DNA of 64,000 bases. Origin: Escherichia coli. GTDB lineage: Bacteria > Pseudomonadota > Gammaproteobacteria > Enterobacterales > Enterobacteriaceae. Location: the NCBI RefSeq assembly GCF_050320075.1, contig NZ_CP190018.1. One strand, 5' to 3'. How positions within the stretch are numbered: the first letter of the stretch is position 1; every line of letters begins with the position of its first letter. A program made the position numbers and the translations under genes. The notes below the pieces were generated by a model, which searched no databases, was not told where the DNA came from, and saw only the letters and a program-made list of their open reading frames with translations. This document shows positions 24,579-42,496 of this stretch, one piece after another.

Positions 24579-24594
24579 TGTGATTTGCATCACA
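24579..24594. promoter_or_regulatory. CRP-binding-site-like palindrome upstream of azuC
   Basis: TGTGAtttgcaTCACA, a perfect CRP half-site pair, ~80 bp upstream of azuC. Confidence 0.5.
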
Positions 24595-24675
24595 TAAAGA
24601 TTGATTTTTGTGATGGTTGTCATATTATAAGTGCAAAGACAATAACACCTGCATAACAAATAATCGGAGTGCCGC

Positions 24676-24762
24676 GATGAAACTGCGCAAGATCCTGAAA
24701 AGTATGTTCAATAACTATTGCAAAACGTTCAAAGACGTACCACCAGGCAATATGTTCCGATA
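24676..24762 (+). CDS. azuC: small protein AzuC (28 aa)
   Basis: ATG...TAG ORF encoding MKLRKILKSMFNNYCKTFKDVPPGNMFR; below the ORF-track cutoff, recognised from the known small protein. Confidence 0.6.
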
Positions 24763-24764
24763 GC

Positions 24765-24792
24765 AAAAAACCTGCTCCGGCAGGTTTTTTTG
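24765..24792 (+). terminator. rho-independent terminator after azuC
   Basis: AAACCTGCTCCGGCAGGTTT hairpin followed by a T-run. Confidence 0.6.
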
Positions 24793-24877
24793 TGTCCTGA
24801 TGACGGTGGATGTGACTATCGCTGAAGATGTGAAGCCGCTACTATAACGGCTTTCAAAATGCTATCAGGAGTTTACG

Positions 24878-25129
24878 ATGTCCCAGCCGCTGAATGCCGA
24901 TCAGGAACTGGTTTCTGATGTGGTTGCTTGCCAGTTGGTTATCAAACAAATTCTGGATGTTCTCGATGTAATCGCGCCCGTTGAAGTTCGTGAAAAAATG
25001 TCCAGCCAGCTGAAGAATATCGACTTTACGCACCATCCCGCCGCCGCAGACCCGGTCACCATGCGGGCAATCCAAAAAGCCATCGCGCTGATTGAACTCA
25101 AGTTTACCCCACAGGGCGAATCCCATTAA
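24878..25129 (+). CDS. yecJ: uncharacterised protein YecJ
   Basis: 83-aa ORF in conserved position. Confidence 0.8.
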   Translation: MSQPLNADQELVSDVVACQLVIKQILDVLDVIAPVEVREKMSSQLKNIDFTHHPAAADPVTMRAIQKAIALIELKFTPQGESH

Positions 25130-25208
25130 AAAAACCGCTGCTTCAAAAAGATGAGGCAGCGGTTTCTCAAAAACTTCATCGGCGCAATGCATTAGCGCCG
25201 ATGTATGA

Positions 25209-25712
25209 TCAATGCAGCTGATGCGACACGACATTCAGAACATGTTGATCGGTCTGCACAGGGCACATACCCGCAAGTTTCGCACTGCGCACTTCATCAA
25301 GAATGGTTTGCAGCAACAGGCCATCATGCTGCTGTTCTTTTTCCAGATCGCGCAGGAAATTGGCGGTTGAATCATCATTCAGTTCTTTCGCTTCATCGGC
25401 TAACTGTGCCAACGTACTAGAACGTTGCTCGTATTCTTCCATCGTTTTTTGGAAAAGTTCTTCCAGTGAGTTCAGTTTTTCACCGGGAACATCAATGGCT
25501 TTAACGATGGGGGTAGCGCCGACACTCTTCATAAAGTTAAACATGCGCATCATTTGGGTCACATTACTCTGTGCCTGGGCGCGAAGGAAAGTGGCGGTGC
25601 CGTTCAGACTCTGTTCAGAACACCAGTTACTCAGGTGAAGGTAGAGATTGGATGCGTAAAACTCGCGGTTCATTTGAGAGTTGAGTTTGAGAAGCATTCC
25701 AGCGGTTGCCAT
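25209..25712 (-). CDS. ftnB: ferritin-like protein FtnB
   Basis: 167-aa ORF recognised as FtnB. Confidence 0.9.
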   Translation of the reverse strand: MATAGMLLKLNSQMNREFYASNLYLHLSNWCSEQSLNGTATFLRAQAQSNVTQMMRMFNFMKSVGATPIVKAIDVPGEKLNSLEELFQKTMEEYEQRSSTLAQLADEAKELNDDSTANFLRDLEKEQQHDGLLLQTILDEVRSAKLAGMCPVQTDQHVLNVVSHQLH

Positions 25713-26507
25713 ACCTAATATCCTTATATCCAGAAGTGGAGAGGTGCAAGATAAATCAAAACACCATAATTACTGTTTGCAGAATAATTCCTTTCTGCCG
25801 GTCCGAAATGTGATCGTGGAGTCAATTCTGACGATGATCTGAAATAAGAATAACGTCTGAATGGGTATAAGAAAATGCTTAAATCATCAAGTTTATATAT
25901 TTTTACATTTCATTGATGAAATCAATGTAACTGCAATGAATTTTAATGATAGTGCTTTTTGTATCTTGTTGATATTAATCGGTGAATTTGAATTCATGAT
26001 GAAGCAATGATTTTTTAAAACGTTTTTTCATTTTTGCGATATGGCTCTCGGTATACGTGTTCTGTTAATTAATGAGCACGGTGATAATTAATGGCGAAAT
26101 GAATGACGCGCTTTTTCCACATCTTTGAGTTGCGGTTATTACACCCTTTCAAAAACTCAACGCCAGGTAATGTGGCCTATTGACTGGTTAAAAAAAAGAC
26201 ATCCCGCTGGGTACCAAAGACAACAAGGATTTCCAGGCTAATCTTATGGATTAATCTGCTGTGCACTAGACAATTTGTCAGACAAATTGGCTTTTCCTTA
26301 TGTCTTTTCCCGCTAAATTTATGCACGTTCTCACTGTAATTCTGCGATGTGATATTGCTCTCCTATGGAGAATTAATTTCTCGCTAAAACTATGTCAACA
26401 CAGTCACTTATCTTTTAGTTAAAAGGTAATGCTTTGTTTTCCGATTAATTTAACGAATGTCATTCGTTTTTGCCCTACACAAAACGACACTAAAGCTGGA
26501 GAGAACC

Positions 26508-27497
26508 ATGCACAAATTTACTAAAGCCCTGGCAGCCATTGGTCTGGCAGCCGTTATGTCACAATCCGCTATGGCGGAGAACCTGAAGCTCGGTTTCCTG
26601 GTGAAGCAACCGGAAGAGCCGTGGTTCCAGACCGAATGGAAGTTTGCCGATAAAGCTGGGAAGGATTTAGGGTTTGAAGTTATTAAGATTGCCGTGCCGG
26701 ATGGCGAAAAAACATTGAACGCGATCGACAGCCTGGCTGCCAGTGGCGCAAAAGGTTTCGTTATTTGTACTCCGGACCCGAAACTCGGCTCTGCCATCGT
26801 GGCGAAAGCGCGTGGCTACGATATGAAAGTCATTGCCGTGGATGACCAGTTTGTTAACGCCAAAGGCAAGCCAATGGATACCGTTCCGCTGGTGATGATG
26901 GCAGCGACCAAAATTGGCGAACGTCAGGGCCAGGAACTGTATAAAGAGATGCAGAAACGTGGCTGGGATGTCAAAGAAAGCGCGGTGATGGCGATTACCG
27001 CCAACGAACTGGATACGGCTCGTCGCCGTACTACGGGGTCTATGGATGCGCTGAAAGCTGCAGGATTCCCGGAAAAACAAATTTATCAGGTACCTACCAA
27101 ATCTAACGACATCCCGGGGGCATTTGACGCTGCCAACTCAATGCTGGTTCAACATCCGGAAGTTAAACATTGGCTGATCGTCGGTATGAACGACAGCACC
27201 GTACTTGGCGGCGTACGCGCGACGGAAGGTCAGGGCTTTAAAGCGGCCGATATCATCGGTATCGGTATTAACGGTGTGGATGCGGTGAGCGAACTGTCTA
27301 AGGCACAGGCAACCGGCTTCTACGGTTCCCTGCTGCCAAGCCCGGACGTACATGGCTATAAATCCAGCGAAATGCTTTACAACTGGGTAGCAAAAGACGT
27401 TGAACCGCCAAAATTTACCGAAGTTACCGACGTGGTATTGATCACGCGTGACAACTTTAAAGAAGAACTGGAGAAAAAAGGTTTAGGCGGTAAGTAA
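26508..27497 (+). CDS. araF: L-arabinose ABC transporter periplasmic binding protein
   Basis: Recognised as AraF; start at MHKFTKALAA with signal peptide. Confidence 0.95.
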   Translation: MHKFTKALAAIGLAAVMSQSAMAENLKLGFLVKQPEEPWFQTEWKFADKAGKDLGFEVIKIAVPDGEKTLNAIDSLAASGAKGFVICTPDPKLGSAIVAKARGYDMKVIAVDDQFVNAKGKPMDTVPLVMMAATKIGERQGQELYKEMQKRGWDVKESAVMAITANELDTARRRTTGSMDALKAAGFPEKQIYQVPTKSNDIPGAFDAANSMLVQHPEVKHWLIVGMNDSTVLGGVRATEGQGFKAADIIGIGINGVDAVSELSKAQATGFYGSLLPSPDVHGYKSSEMLYNWVAKDVEPPKFTEVTDVVLITRDNFKEELEKKGLGGK

Positions 27498-27566
27498 TTT
27501 GCCAGAAAAATTCCCCTCTGCATGATGCAGAGGGGGTGTGAACGACCAGTGATTCACGGAGACGTT

Positions 27567-29081
27567 ATGCAACAGTCTACCCCGTATCTCTCATTTCGCG
27601 GCATCGGTAAAACGTTTCCCGGCGTTAAGGCGCTGACGGATATTAGTTTTGATTGCTATGCCGGTCAGGTTCATGCGTTGATGGGTGAAAATGGCGCAGG
27701 AAAATCAACTCTCTTAAAAATCCTCAGCGGCAACTATGCGCCAACCACGGGTTCTGTAGTGATTAATGGGCAGGAAATGTCCTTTTCCGACACGACCGCA
27801 GCACTTAACGCGGGTGTGGCGATTATTTACCAGGAACTGCATCTCGTGCCGGAAATGACCGTCGCGGAAAACATCTATCTCGGCCAGCTGCCGCATAAAG
27901 GCGGCATTGTGAATCGCTCATTGCTGAATTATGAGGCGGGTTTACAACTTAAACATCTTGGTATGGATATTGACCCGGACACGCCGCTGAAATATCTCTC
28001 CATTGGTCAGTGGCAGATGGTTGAAATCGCCAAAGCGCTGGCGCGTAACGCCAAAATTATCGCCTTTGATGAGCCAACCAGCTCCCTCTCTGCCCGTGAA
28101 ATCGACAATCTTTTCCGCGTTATTCGTGAACTGCGAAAAGAGGGGCGGGTGATCTTATACGTTTCTCACCGTATGGAAGAAATATTTGCCCTCAGCGATG
28201 CCATCACCGTCTTTAAAGATGGGCGTTATGTCAAAACCTTTACTGATATGCAGCAGGTTGACCACGACGCCCTGGTGCAGGCGATGGTCGGGCGCGACAT
28301 CGGTGATATCTACGGCTGGCAACCGCGTAGTTATGGCGAGGAGCGCCTGCGTCTTGATGCTGTGAAAGCACCAGGCGTGCGTACGCCAATAAGTCTGGCG
28401 GTTCGCAGTGGAGAAATTGTCGGTCTGTTTGGTCTGGTCGGGGCAGGGCGTAGCGAATTAATGAAAGGCATGTTTGGCGGTACGCAAATCACCGCCGGTC
28501 AGGTTTATATCGACCAACAGCCGATCGATATTCGTAAACCGAGCCACGCTATTACCGCAGGCATGATGCTCTGCCCGGAAGATCGCAAAGCGGAAGGCAT
28601 TATTCCTGTGCACTCCGTTCGCGACAATATCAACATCAGTGCCAGACGCAAACATGTGCTCGGCGGTTGTGTAATCAACAACGGTTGGGAAGAAAACAAT
28701 GCCGATCACCACATTCGTTCGCTCAACATCAAAACGCCGGGCGCTGAGCAACTGATTATGAATCTCTCAGGCGGAAATCAGCAAAAAGCCATTCTGGGCC
28801 GCTGGTTATCGGAAGAGATGAAGGTCATTTTGCTGGATGAACCTACGCGCGGCATTGATGTTGGCGCTAAGCACGAAATATATAACGTAATTTATGCGCT
28901 GGCGGCGCAGGGTGTGGCGGTGCTGTTTGCCTCCAGCGACTTACCTGAAGTCCTCGGCGTTGCCGACCGGATTGTGGTGATGCGGGAAGGTGAAATCGCC
29001 GGTGAATTGTTACACGAGCAGGCAGATGAGCGTCAGGCACTGAGCCTTGCGATGCCTAAAGTCAGCCAGGCTGTTGCCTGA
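27567..29081 (+). CDS. araG: L-arabinose ABC transporter ATP-binding protein
   Basis: Duplicated ABC ATPase, start at [10 protein letters not shown]. Confidence 0.95.
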   Translation: MQQSTPYLSFRGIGKTFPGVKALTDISFDCYAGQVHALMGENGAGKSTLLKILSGNYAPTTGSVVINGQEMSFSDTTAALNAGVAIIYQELHLVPEMTVAENIYLGQLPHKGGIVNRSLLNYEAGLQLKHLGMDIDPDTPLKYLSIGQWQMVEIAKALARNAKIIAFDEPTSSLSAREIDNLFRVIRELRKEGRVILYVSHRMEEIFALSDAITVFKDGRYVKTFTDMQQVDHDALVQAMVGRDIGDIYGWQPRSYGEERLRLDAVKAPGVRTPISLAVRSGEIVGLFGLVGAGRSELMKGMFGGTQITAGQVYIDQQPIDIRKPSHAITAGMMLCPEDRKAEGIIPVHSVRDNINISARRKHVLGGCVINNGWEENNADHHIRSLNIKTPGAEQLIMNLSGGNQQKAILGRWLSEEMKVILLDEPTRGIDVGAKHEIYNVIYALAAQGVAVLFASSDLPEVLGVADRIVVMREGEIAGELLHEQADERQALSLAMPKVSQAVA

Positions 29082-29092
29082 GTAAGGAGAGT

Positions 29093-32448
<3,356 letters not shown>

Positions 32449-32454
32449 GTGCGG

Positions 32455-32883
32455 TTAATCTCCCGTAAGTGGAACTAACAGCACATCGACCTCACTTGAG
32501 GCAATCACTCTTTTCGCCGAGCAGGATGCTCGCGAAAAGAAACTGTGATTGTGATTACCGCAAATCACCAAATCGAAATGATATTTGCGACAAACTTCCA
32601 GAATATGTTCGCTTAACTCACCGTAGGCAATAAACGTCTTGTCAACGGGATACCCCGCATCCTGAATTAACTTATCAAGAAAGCTTTGCGTTTCTTCCTG
32701 CATCACGCTGCGTAAATCTTCAAGCATCGGCGCAGCTAATTGATTGTACATTTCCGGGTCGGAAGCGAGAGTAATTAAACTGATGTGTCCCTTTACTGGC
32801 CTGGCGATAGATACCGCTTTTGCCAGCAGTTGCTGACTTTCCGGTGTAACCGCAACGGCGACAAGAATATTGCTATAGCTCAT
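32455..32883 (-). CDS. uspC: universal stress protein C
   Basis: 142-aa Usp-family ORF. Confidence 0.9.
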   Translation of the reverse strand: MSYSNILVAVAVTPESQQLLAKAVSIARPVKGHISLITLASDPEMYNQLAAPMLEDLRSVMQEETQSFLDKLIQDAGYPVDKTFIAYGELSEHILEVCRKYHFDLVICGNHNHSFFSRASCSAKRVIASSEVDVLLVPLTGD

Positions 32884-33385
32884 AACCTGTTCCTTATTCT
32901 GTGAACTTCAGGTGACATTAAAGCTTTACTCCTAATGGAGAAACGACGCAATCCCAACTCAGTCAAACAGGTAAATATTAGTCTGATTATTAGTAAAGAC
33001 AATTAATCAATCACTCTCGGTGATCATATGATTTCAACTGTAATTATAAGAAAATAATGTACTGATTCTCCATATTAAACAAGTGGTTAATATATGTAAA
33101 ACATTTTATTAACATTAAGTTGATTGTTGCCTTTCTTTGTATTTAATTAGTTTGTTGTGCGGTAAGTGTCTGTTTAAAAATAGCTTATCTGGTATTGCAT
33201 TAAAGCAATTATTTATAGCAGATGATTATTTACGGTGAGTTATTTTAACTGTGCGCAACATCCCATTTCGATTATTCCTGTTTCATTTTTGCTTGCTAGC
33301 GTCGCGAAAAACTTTTTAACAGATTGAAATACACCCAAAACAAAAGTATGACTTATACATTTATGTTAAGTAATTGAGCGTTTTG

Positions 33386-33401
33386 TGTGATCTGCATCAC
33401 A
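33386..33401. promoter_or_regulatory. CRP-binding-site-like palindrome in the flhDC regulatory region
   Basis: TGTGAtctgcaTCACA ~270 bp upstream of flhD. Confidence 0.5.
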
Positions 33402-33663
33402 CATTATTGAAAATCGCAGCCCCCCTCCGTTGTATGTGAGTGTAGTGACGAGTAAAGTTGCGTCGATTTAGGAAAAATCTTAGATAAGTGTAAAGAACCC
33501 CTTCTATTTGTAAGGACTTATTAAATCCCAAAAAGGGGCTCTGCCTATTGCAGCTTATCGCAACTATTCTAATGCTAATTATTTTTTACCGGGGCTTCCC
33601 GGCGACATCACGGGGTGCGGTGAGACCGCATAAAAATAAAGTTGGTTATTCTGGGTGGGAATA

Positions 33664-34014
33664 ATGCATACCTCCGAGTTGCTGAAACACATTTATGACA
33701 TCAACTTGTCATATTTACTACTTGCACAGCGTCTGATTGTTCAGGACAAAGCGTCCGCAATGTTTCGTCTCGGCATAAATGAAGAAATGGCGACAACGTT
33801 AGCGGCACTGACTCTTCCGCAAATGGTTAAGCTGGCAGAAACCAATCAACTGGTTTGTCACTTTCGTTTTGACAGCCACCAGACGATTACTCAGTTGACG
33901 CAAGATTCCCGCGTTGACGATCTCCAGCAAATTCATACCGGCATCATGCTCTCAACACGCTTGCTGAATGATGTTAATCAGCCTGAAGAAGCGCTGCGCA
34001 AGAAAAGGGCCTGA
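33664..34014 (+). CDS. flhD: flagellar master regulator FlhD
   Basis: Recognised as FlhD; start at [11 protein letters not shown]. Confidence 0.9.
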
Positions 34015-34016
34015 TC

Positions 34017-34595
34017 ATGAGTGAAAAAAGCATTGTTCAGGAAGCGCGGGATATTCAGCTGGCAATGGAATTGATCACCCTTGGCGCTCGTTTGCAGATG
34101 CTGGAAAGCGAAACACAGTTAAGTCGCGGACGCCTGATAAAACTCTATAAAGAACTGCGCGGAAGCCCACCGCCGAAAGGCATGCTGCCATTCTCAACCG
34201 ACTGGTTTATGACCTGGGAACAAAACGTTCATGCTTCGATGTTCTGTAACGCATGGCAGTTTTTACTGAAAACCGGTTTGTGTAATGGCGTCGATGCGGT
34301 GATCAAAGCCTACCGTTTATACCTTGAACAGTGCCCGCAAGCAGAAGACGGACCGCTGCTGGCATTAACCCGTGCCTGGACATTGGTGCGGTTTGTTGAA
34401 AGTAGATTACTGCAACTTTCCAGCTGCAACTGCTGCGGCGGCAATTTTATTACCCACGCTCACCAGCCTGTTGGCAGCTTTGCCTGCAGCTTATGTCAGC
34501 CGCCATCCCGGGCAGTAAAAAGACGTAAACTTTCCCAGAATCCTGCCGATATTATCCCACAACTGCTGGATGAACAGAGAGTACAGGCTGTTTAA
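34017..34595 (+). CDS. flhC: flagellar master regulator FlhC
   Basis: 192-aa ORF with zinc-binding cysteines, recognised as FlhC. Confidence 0.95.
   Translation: MSEKSIVQEARDIQLAMELITLGARLQMLESETQLSRGRLIKLYKELRGSPPPKGMLPFSTDWFMTWEQNVHASMFCNAWQFLLKTGLCNGVDAVIKAYRLYLEQCPQAEDGPLLALTRAWTLVRFVESRLLQLSSCNCCGGNFITHAHQPVGSFACSLCQPPSRAVKRRKLSQNPADIIPQLLDEQRVQAV
34526..34552 (+). promoter_or_regulatory. sigma28 promoter for the motAB-cheAW operon, inside the flhC 3' coding region
   Basis: TAAACTTT-N11-GCCGATAT. Confidence 0.5.
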
Positions 34596-34653
34596 CTTAT
34601 ACGGTGTGGCGCAACATTCCAGCAGCGGTAACGACGTACCGCTGCTTTTTTTT
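34560..34653 (+). ncRNA. motR: candidate MotR-type 5'UTR-derived sRNA (sigma28 promoter to intrinsic terminator)
   Basis: sigma28 promoter at 34526..34552 followed by hairpin AGCAGCGGTAACGACGTACCGCTGCT + T8 at 34621..34653, upstream of motA; boundaries approximate. Confidence 0.3.
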
Positions 34654-34721
34654 GCCCCAATCGCGCGTTAACGCCTGACGACTGAACATCCTGTCATGGT
34701 CAACAGTGGAAGGATGATGTC

Positions 34722-35605
34722 GTGCTTATCTTATTAGGTTACCTGGTTGTTCTCGGTACAGTTTTCGGCGGTTATTTGATGACCGGTGGAAGCCTTGGAG
34801 CACTCTATCAACCCGCTGAACTGGTGATTATTGCCGGTGCAGGGATTGGGTCGTTTATCGTCGGCAATAATGGCAAAGCGATTAAAGGCACGCTGAAGGC
34901 GCTGCCGTTGCTGTTTCGTCGCTCCAAATACACCAAAGCAATGTATATGGATCTGCTGGCTCTGCTTTATCGGTTGATGGCGAAATCGCGGCAGATGGGG
35001 ATGTTTTCGCTGGAACGTGATATTGAAAATCCCCGTGAGAGCGAGATCTTCGCCAGCTACCCACGCATCCTTGCGGATAGCGTCATGCTTGATTTTATCG
35101 TCGATTATCTGCGTCTGATTATCAGCGGTCACATGAACACCTTCGAAATCGAAGCCCTGATGGATGAAGAGATTGAGACGCACGAAAGCGAGGCAGAAGT
35201 CCCGGCGAACAGTCTGGCGCTGGTCGGGGACTCACTTCCGGCGTTTGGTATTGTCGCTGCTGTGATGGGGGTCGTTCACGCGTTAGGTTCAGCCGATCGT
35301 CCTGCCGCCGAGCTGGGGGCGCTTATCGCACATGCGATGGTGGGGACTTTCCTCGGTATTTTATTGGCTTACGGATTTATTTCCCCATTAGCGAGTGTTT
35401 TACGTCAGAAAAGCGCCGAAACCAGCAAAATGATGCAGTGCGTCAAAGTCACACTGCTTTCTAATCTGAACGGTTACGCACCGCCTATCGCCGTTGAGTT
35501 TGGTCGCAAAACGCTCTATTCCAGCGAACGTCCGTCGTTTATTGAACTGGAAGAGCATGTGCGTGCGGTGAAAAATCCGCAACAACAGACGACAACCGAG
35601 GAAGC

Positions 35606-35609
<4 letters not shown>
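34722..35609 (+). CDS. motA: flagellar motor stator protein MotA (GTG start)
   Basis: 295-aa ORF recognised as MotA. Confidence 0.95.
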
Positions 35610-38501
<2,892 letters not shown>

Positions 38502-38521
38502 ATGAGTAAAAAGGTAACAAT

Positions 38522-39025
38522 ATGACCGGTATGACGAATGTAACAAAGCTGGCCAGCGAGCCGTCAGGCCAGGAATTTCTGGTATTTACCCTTGGTGATG
38601 AAGAGTACGGTATTGATATCCTGAAAGTGCAGGAGATCCGTGGCTATGATCAGGTAACACGGATTGCGAACACGCCAGCGTTTATCAAAGGCGTCACGAA
38701 TCTGCGCGGTGTTATTGTGCCGATTGTGGACTTACGAATTAAGTTCAGCCAGGTGGATGTGGACTATAACGACAACACGGTAGTTATCGTCCTGAATCTC
38801 GGACAGCGGGTGGTCGGCATCGTGGTTGACGGCGTTGCAGACGTGCTTTCATTGACGGCGGAGCAAATTCGTCCGGCACCGGAATTTGCCGTGACGCTTT
38901 CAACAGAATATCTCACTGGACTGGGCGCACTGGGCGACCGGATGTTGATTCTGGTGAACATCGAAAAACTGCTGAACAGCGAAGAGATGGCGCTGTTAGA
39001 TAGCGCGGCGTCAGAAGTGGCGTAA
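38522..39025 (+). CDS. cheW: chemotaxis coupling protein CheW
   Basis: 167-aa ORF recognised as CheW. Confidence 0.95.
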   Translation: MTGMTNVTKLASEPSGQEFLVFTLGDEEYGIDILKVQEIRGYDQVTRIANTPAFIKGVTNLRGVIVPIVDLRIKFSQVDVDYNDNTVVIVLNLGQRVVGIVVDGVADVLSLTAEQIRPAPEFAVTLSTEYLTGLGALGDRMLILVNIEKLLNSEEMALLDSAASEVA

Positions 39026-39051
39026 TTCTCCCGATTTCCTCAATTGCAATG

Positions 39052-39080
39052 AACCCGATGACCTGCGCATCGGGTTTTTT
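39052..39080 (+). terminator. rho-independent terminator after cheW
   Basis: AACCCGATGACCTGCGCATCGGGTT hairpin + T-run. Confidence 0.6.
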
Positions 39081-39111
39081 ATTTCAGTTTCGCGGCGGGT
39101 GGCATCAGCAA

Positions 39112-39138
39112 TAAAGTTTCCCCCTTCCTTGCCGATAA
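39112..39138 (+). promoter_or_regulatory. sigma28 promoter for tar-tap-cheRBYZ
   Basis: Perfect consensus TAAAGTTT-N11-GCCGATAA ~30 bp upstream of tar. Confidence 0.6.
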
Positions 39139-39169
39139 CGAGATCAACTTGTTTTCAGGAAGGTGCCTT

Positions 39170-40831
39170 ATGATTAACCGTATCCGCGTAGTCACGCTGT
39201 TGGTAATGGTGCTGGGGGTATTCGCACTGTTACAGCTTATTTCCGGCAGTCTGTTTTTTTCTTCCCTTCACCATAGCCAGAAGAGCTTTGTGGTTTCCAA
39301 TCAATTACGGGAACAGCAGGGCGAGCTGACGTCAACCTGGGATTTAATGCTGCAAACGCGCATTAACCTGAGTCGTTCAGCGGTGCGGATGATGATGGAT
39401 TCCTCCAATCAACAAAGTAACGCCAAAGTTGAATTGCTCGATAGCGCCAGGAAAACATTGGCCCAGGCAGCGACGCATTATAAAAAATTCAAAAGCATGG
39501 CACCGTTACCTGAAATGGTCGCTACCAGTCGTAATATTGATGAAAAATATAAAAACTATCACACAGCGTTAACTGAACTGATTGATTATCTTGATTATGG
39601 CAATACTGGAGCTTATTTCGCTCAGCCAACCCAGGGAATGCAAAATGCAATGGGCGAAGCGTTTGCTCAGTACGCCCTCAGCAGTGAAAAAATGTATCGC
39701 GATATCATCACTGACAACGCAGATGATTACCGATTTGCCCAATGGCAACTGGCGGTTATTGCGCTGGTGGTGGTATTGATTCTGCTGGTGGCGTGGTACG
39801 GCATTCGCCGTATGTTGCTTACACCGCTGGCAAAAATTATTGCTCACATTCGCGAAATCGCCAGTGGTAACCTGGCGAATACCCTGACCATTGACGGGCG
39901 CAGTGAAATGGGCGACCTGGCGCAGAGCGTTTCACATATGCAACGCTCTTTGACTGACACCGTCACTCATGTGCGTGAAGGTTCAGATGCCATCTATGCC
40001 GGTACCCGTGAAATTGCGGCAGGCAACACCGATCTTTCCTCCCGTACTGAACAGCAGGCATCTGCGCTGGAAGAAACTGCCGCCAGCATGGAGCAGCTCA
40101 CCGCGACAGTGAAGCAAAACGCCGATAACGCCCGCCAGGCCTCACAACTGGCGCAAAGTGCCTCTGACACTGCCCAGCACGGCGGCAAAGTAGTGGATGG
40201 CGTAGTGAAAACGATGCATGAGATCGCCGATAGTTCGAAGAAAATTGCCGACATTATCAGCGTTATCGATGGTATTGCCTTCCAGACTAATATCCTCGCG
40301 CTGAATGCCGCTGTTGAAGCAGCACGAGCGGGTGAACAAGGCCGTGGTTTTGCCGTGGTGGCGGGCGAAGTGCGTAATCTTGCCAGCCGCAGCGCCCAGG
40401 CGGCAAAAGAGATCAAAGCCCTCATTGAAGACTCCGTCTCGCGCGTTGATACCGGTTCGGTGCTGGTCGAAAGCGCCGGGGAAACAATGAACAATATCGT
40501 CAATGCTGTCACTCGCGTGACTGACATTATGGGCGAGATTGCATCGGCATCGGATGAACAGAGCCGTGGCATCGATCAAGTCGCATTGGCGGTTTCGGAA
40601 ATGGATCGCGTCACGCAACAGAACGCATCGCTGGTGCAGGAATCAGCTGCCGCCGCAGCTGCGCTGGAAGAACAGGCCAGTCGTTTAACGCAAGCGGTTT
40701 CCGCGTTTCGTCTGGCAGCCAGCCCACTCACCAATAAACCGCAAACACCATCCCGTCCTGCCAGTGAGCAACCACCGGCACAGCCACGACTGCGAATTGC
40801 TGAACAAGATCCAAACTGGGAAACATTTTGA
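39170..40831 (+). CDS. tar: methyl-accepting chemotaxis protein II (aspartate/maltose)
   Basis: Recognised as Tar; start at [11 protein letters not shown]; ends in NWETF pentapeptide. Confidence 0.95.
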   Translation: MINRIRVVTLLVMVLGVFALLQLISGSLFFSSLHHSQKSFVVSNQLREQQGELTSTWDLMLQTRINLSRSAVRMMMDSSNQQSNAKVELLDSARKTLAQAATHYKKFKSMAPLPEMVATSRNIDEKYKNYHTALTELIDYLDYGNTGAYFAQPTQGMQNAMGEAFAQYALSSEKMYRDIITDNADDYRFAQWQLAVIALVVVLILLVAWYGIRRMLLTPLAKIIAHIREIASGNLANTLTIDGRSEMGDLAQSVSHMQRSLTDTVTHVREGSDAIYAGTREIAAGNTDLSSRTEQQASALEETAASMEQLTATVKQNADNARQASQLAQSASDTAQHGGKVVDGVVKTMHEIADSSKKIADIISVIDGIAFQTNILALNAAVEAARAGEQGRGFAVVAGEVRNLASRSAQAAKEIKALIEDSVSRVDTGSVLVESAGETMNNIVNAVTRVTDIMGEIASASDEQSRGIDQVALAVSEMDRVTQQNASLVQESAAAAAALEEQASRLTQAVSAFRLAASPLTNKPQTPSRPASEQPPAQPRLRIAEQDPNWETF

Positions 40832-40876
40832 CGAGTATTTACTAACGCGGTCATTGCCGCCTGATGGGGAGCGTTG

Positions 40877-42478
40877 ATGTTTAATCGTATTCGAATTTCG
40901 ACCACGCTGTTTTTAATTTTGATTCTCTGCGGGATCTTGCAGATTGGCAGTAACGGCATGTCTTTTTGGGCATTTCGCGACGATTTGCAACGACTGAATC
41001 AGGTCGAACAGAGCAATCAGCAACGTGCGGCTTTAGCGCAAACTCGGGCGGTAATGTTACAGGCCAGTACCGCGCTGAACAAAGCGGGCACTCTGACGGC
41101 GCTTAGCTATCCGGCGGATGACATTAAAACGTTGATGACGACGGCGCGCGCCAGTCTGACGCAATCCACCACGCTGTTTAAAAGTTTTATGGCGATGACT
41201 GCGGGCAACGAGCACGTCAGGGCGTTGCAAAAAGAGACGGAGAAAAGTTTTGCCCGCTGGCACAACGATCTCGAACATCAGGCGACCTGGCTTGAAAGTA
41301 ATCAACTTTCGGATTTCCTCACTGCGCCGGTGCAGGAATCACAGAATGCGTTTGACGTTAACTTTGAGGCCTGGCAGCTGGAGATCAACCATGTGCTGGA
41401 AGCTGCCAGTGCGCAAAGCCAGCGTAACTATCACATTTCGGCGCTGGTGTTTATCAGCATGATTATTGTTGCAGCGCTCTACATCAGCAGTGCGCTGTGG
41501 TGGACGCGCAAGATGATTGTTCAACCACTGGCCATCATCGGTAGCCATTTTGACAGCATTGCTGCGGGTAATCTGGCGCGTCCGATTGCAGTGTATGGTC
41601 GCAATGAGATCACCGCCATTTTTGCCAGTCTGAAGACCATGCAGCAGGCTTTGCGTGGGACGGTAAGTGATGTGCGTAAGGGAAGCCAGGAGATGCACAT
41701 TGGTATCGCGGAGATTGTCGCAGGCAATAACGATCTCTCAAGTCGTACCGAACAGCAGGCGGCATCGCTGGCACAAACGGCCGCCAGTATGGAGCAATTA
41801 ACCGCCACGGTAGGGCAAAACGCCGATAACGCACGACAGGCGTCGGAACTGGCAAAAAATGCCGCGACAACGGCGCAGGCGGGCGGTGTTCAGGTCAGTA
41901 CCATGACTCACACCATGCAGGAGATCGCCACCAGCTCGCAAAAAATTGGCGACATTATCAGCGTTATCGACGGCATTGCTTTCCAGACCAATATTCTGGC
42001 CCTGAATGCGGCAGTGGAAGCGGCTCGCGCCGGAGAGCAGGGTCGTGGTTTTGCGGTAGTGGCAGGTGAAGTGCGCAATCTTGCCAGCCGTAGCGCCCAG
42101 GCAGCAAAAGAGATCAAAGGGCTGATCGAAGAGTCAGTCAATCGTGTCCAGCAGGGTTCGAAACTGGTGAATAACGCCGCCGCGACCATGACTGATATTG
42201 TCAGTTCGGTGACCCGCGTGAACGACATTATGGGAGAAATTGCTTCGGCCTCGGAAGAACAACGGCGGGGGATTGAGCAGGTTGCGCAGGCTGTCAGCCA
42301 GATGGATCAGGTGACACAGCAGAACGCCTCGCTGGTAGAAGAAGCGGCGGCGGCAACGGAACAACTGGCGAACCAGGCTGACCATCTTTCGTCGCGTGTG
42401 GCGGTATTTACCCTTGAAGAACATGAAGTAGCACGACATGAGTCGGCGCAGTTACATATTGCGCCAGTGGTATCCTGA
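40877..42478 (+). CDS. tap: methyl-accepting chemotaxis protein IV (dipeptide)
   Basis: Recognised as Tap; start at MFNRIRISTTL. Confidence 0.95.
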   Translation: MFNRIRISTTLFLILILCGILQIGSNGMSFWAFRDDLQRLNQVEQSNQQRAALAQTRAVMLQASTALNKAGTLTALSYPADDIKTLMTTARASLTQSTTLFKSFMAMTAGNEHVRALQKETEKSFARWHNDLEHQATWLESNQLSDFLTAPVQESQNAFDVNFEAWQLEINHVLEAASAQSQRNYHISALVFISMIIVAALYISSALWWTRKMIVQPLAIIGSHFDSIAAGNLARPIAVYGRNEITAIFASLKTMQQALRGTVSDVRKGSQEMHIGIAEIVAGNNDLSSRTEQQAASLAQTAASMEQLTATVGQNADNARQASELAKNAATTAQAGGVQVSTMTHTMQEIATSSQKIGDIISVIDGIAFQTNILALNAAVEAARAGEQGRGFAVVAGEVRNLASRSAQAAKEIKGLIEESVNRVQQGSKLVNNAAATMTDIVSSVTRVNDIMGEIASASEEQRRGIEQVAQAVSQMDQVTQQNASLVEEAAAATEQLANQADHLSSRVAVFTLEEHEVARHESAQLHIAPVVS

Positions 42479-42496
42479 AGTGATTGAGAAGGCGCT

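Noticed and set aside
32884-33663. IS element upstream of flhDC
   Set aside because: Looked for transposase ORFs and terminal inverted repeats because this is a known IS hotspot; none present.
39994-40572. 192-aa and 158-aa minus-strand ORFs inside tar (and similar ones inside tap at 41339..42439)
   Set aside because: Antisense to the Ala/Ser/Gln-rich MCP signalling domain, which yields long open antisense frames; no independent start signals.
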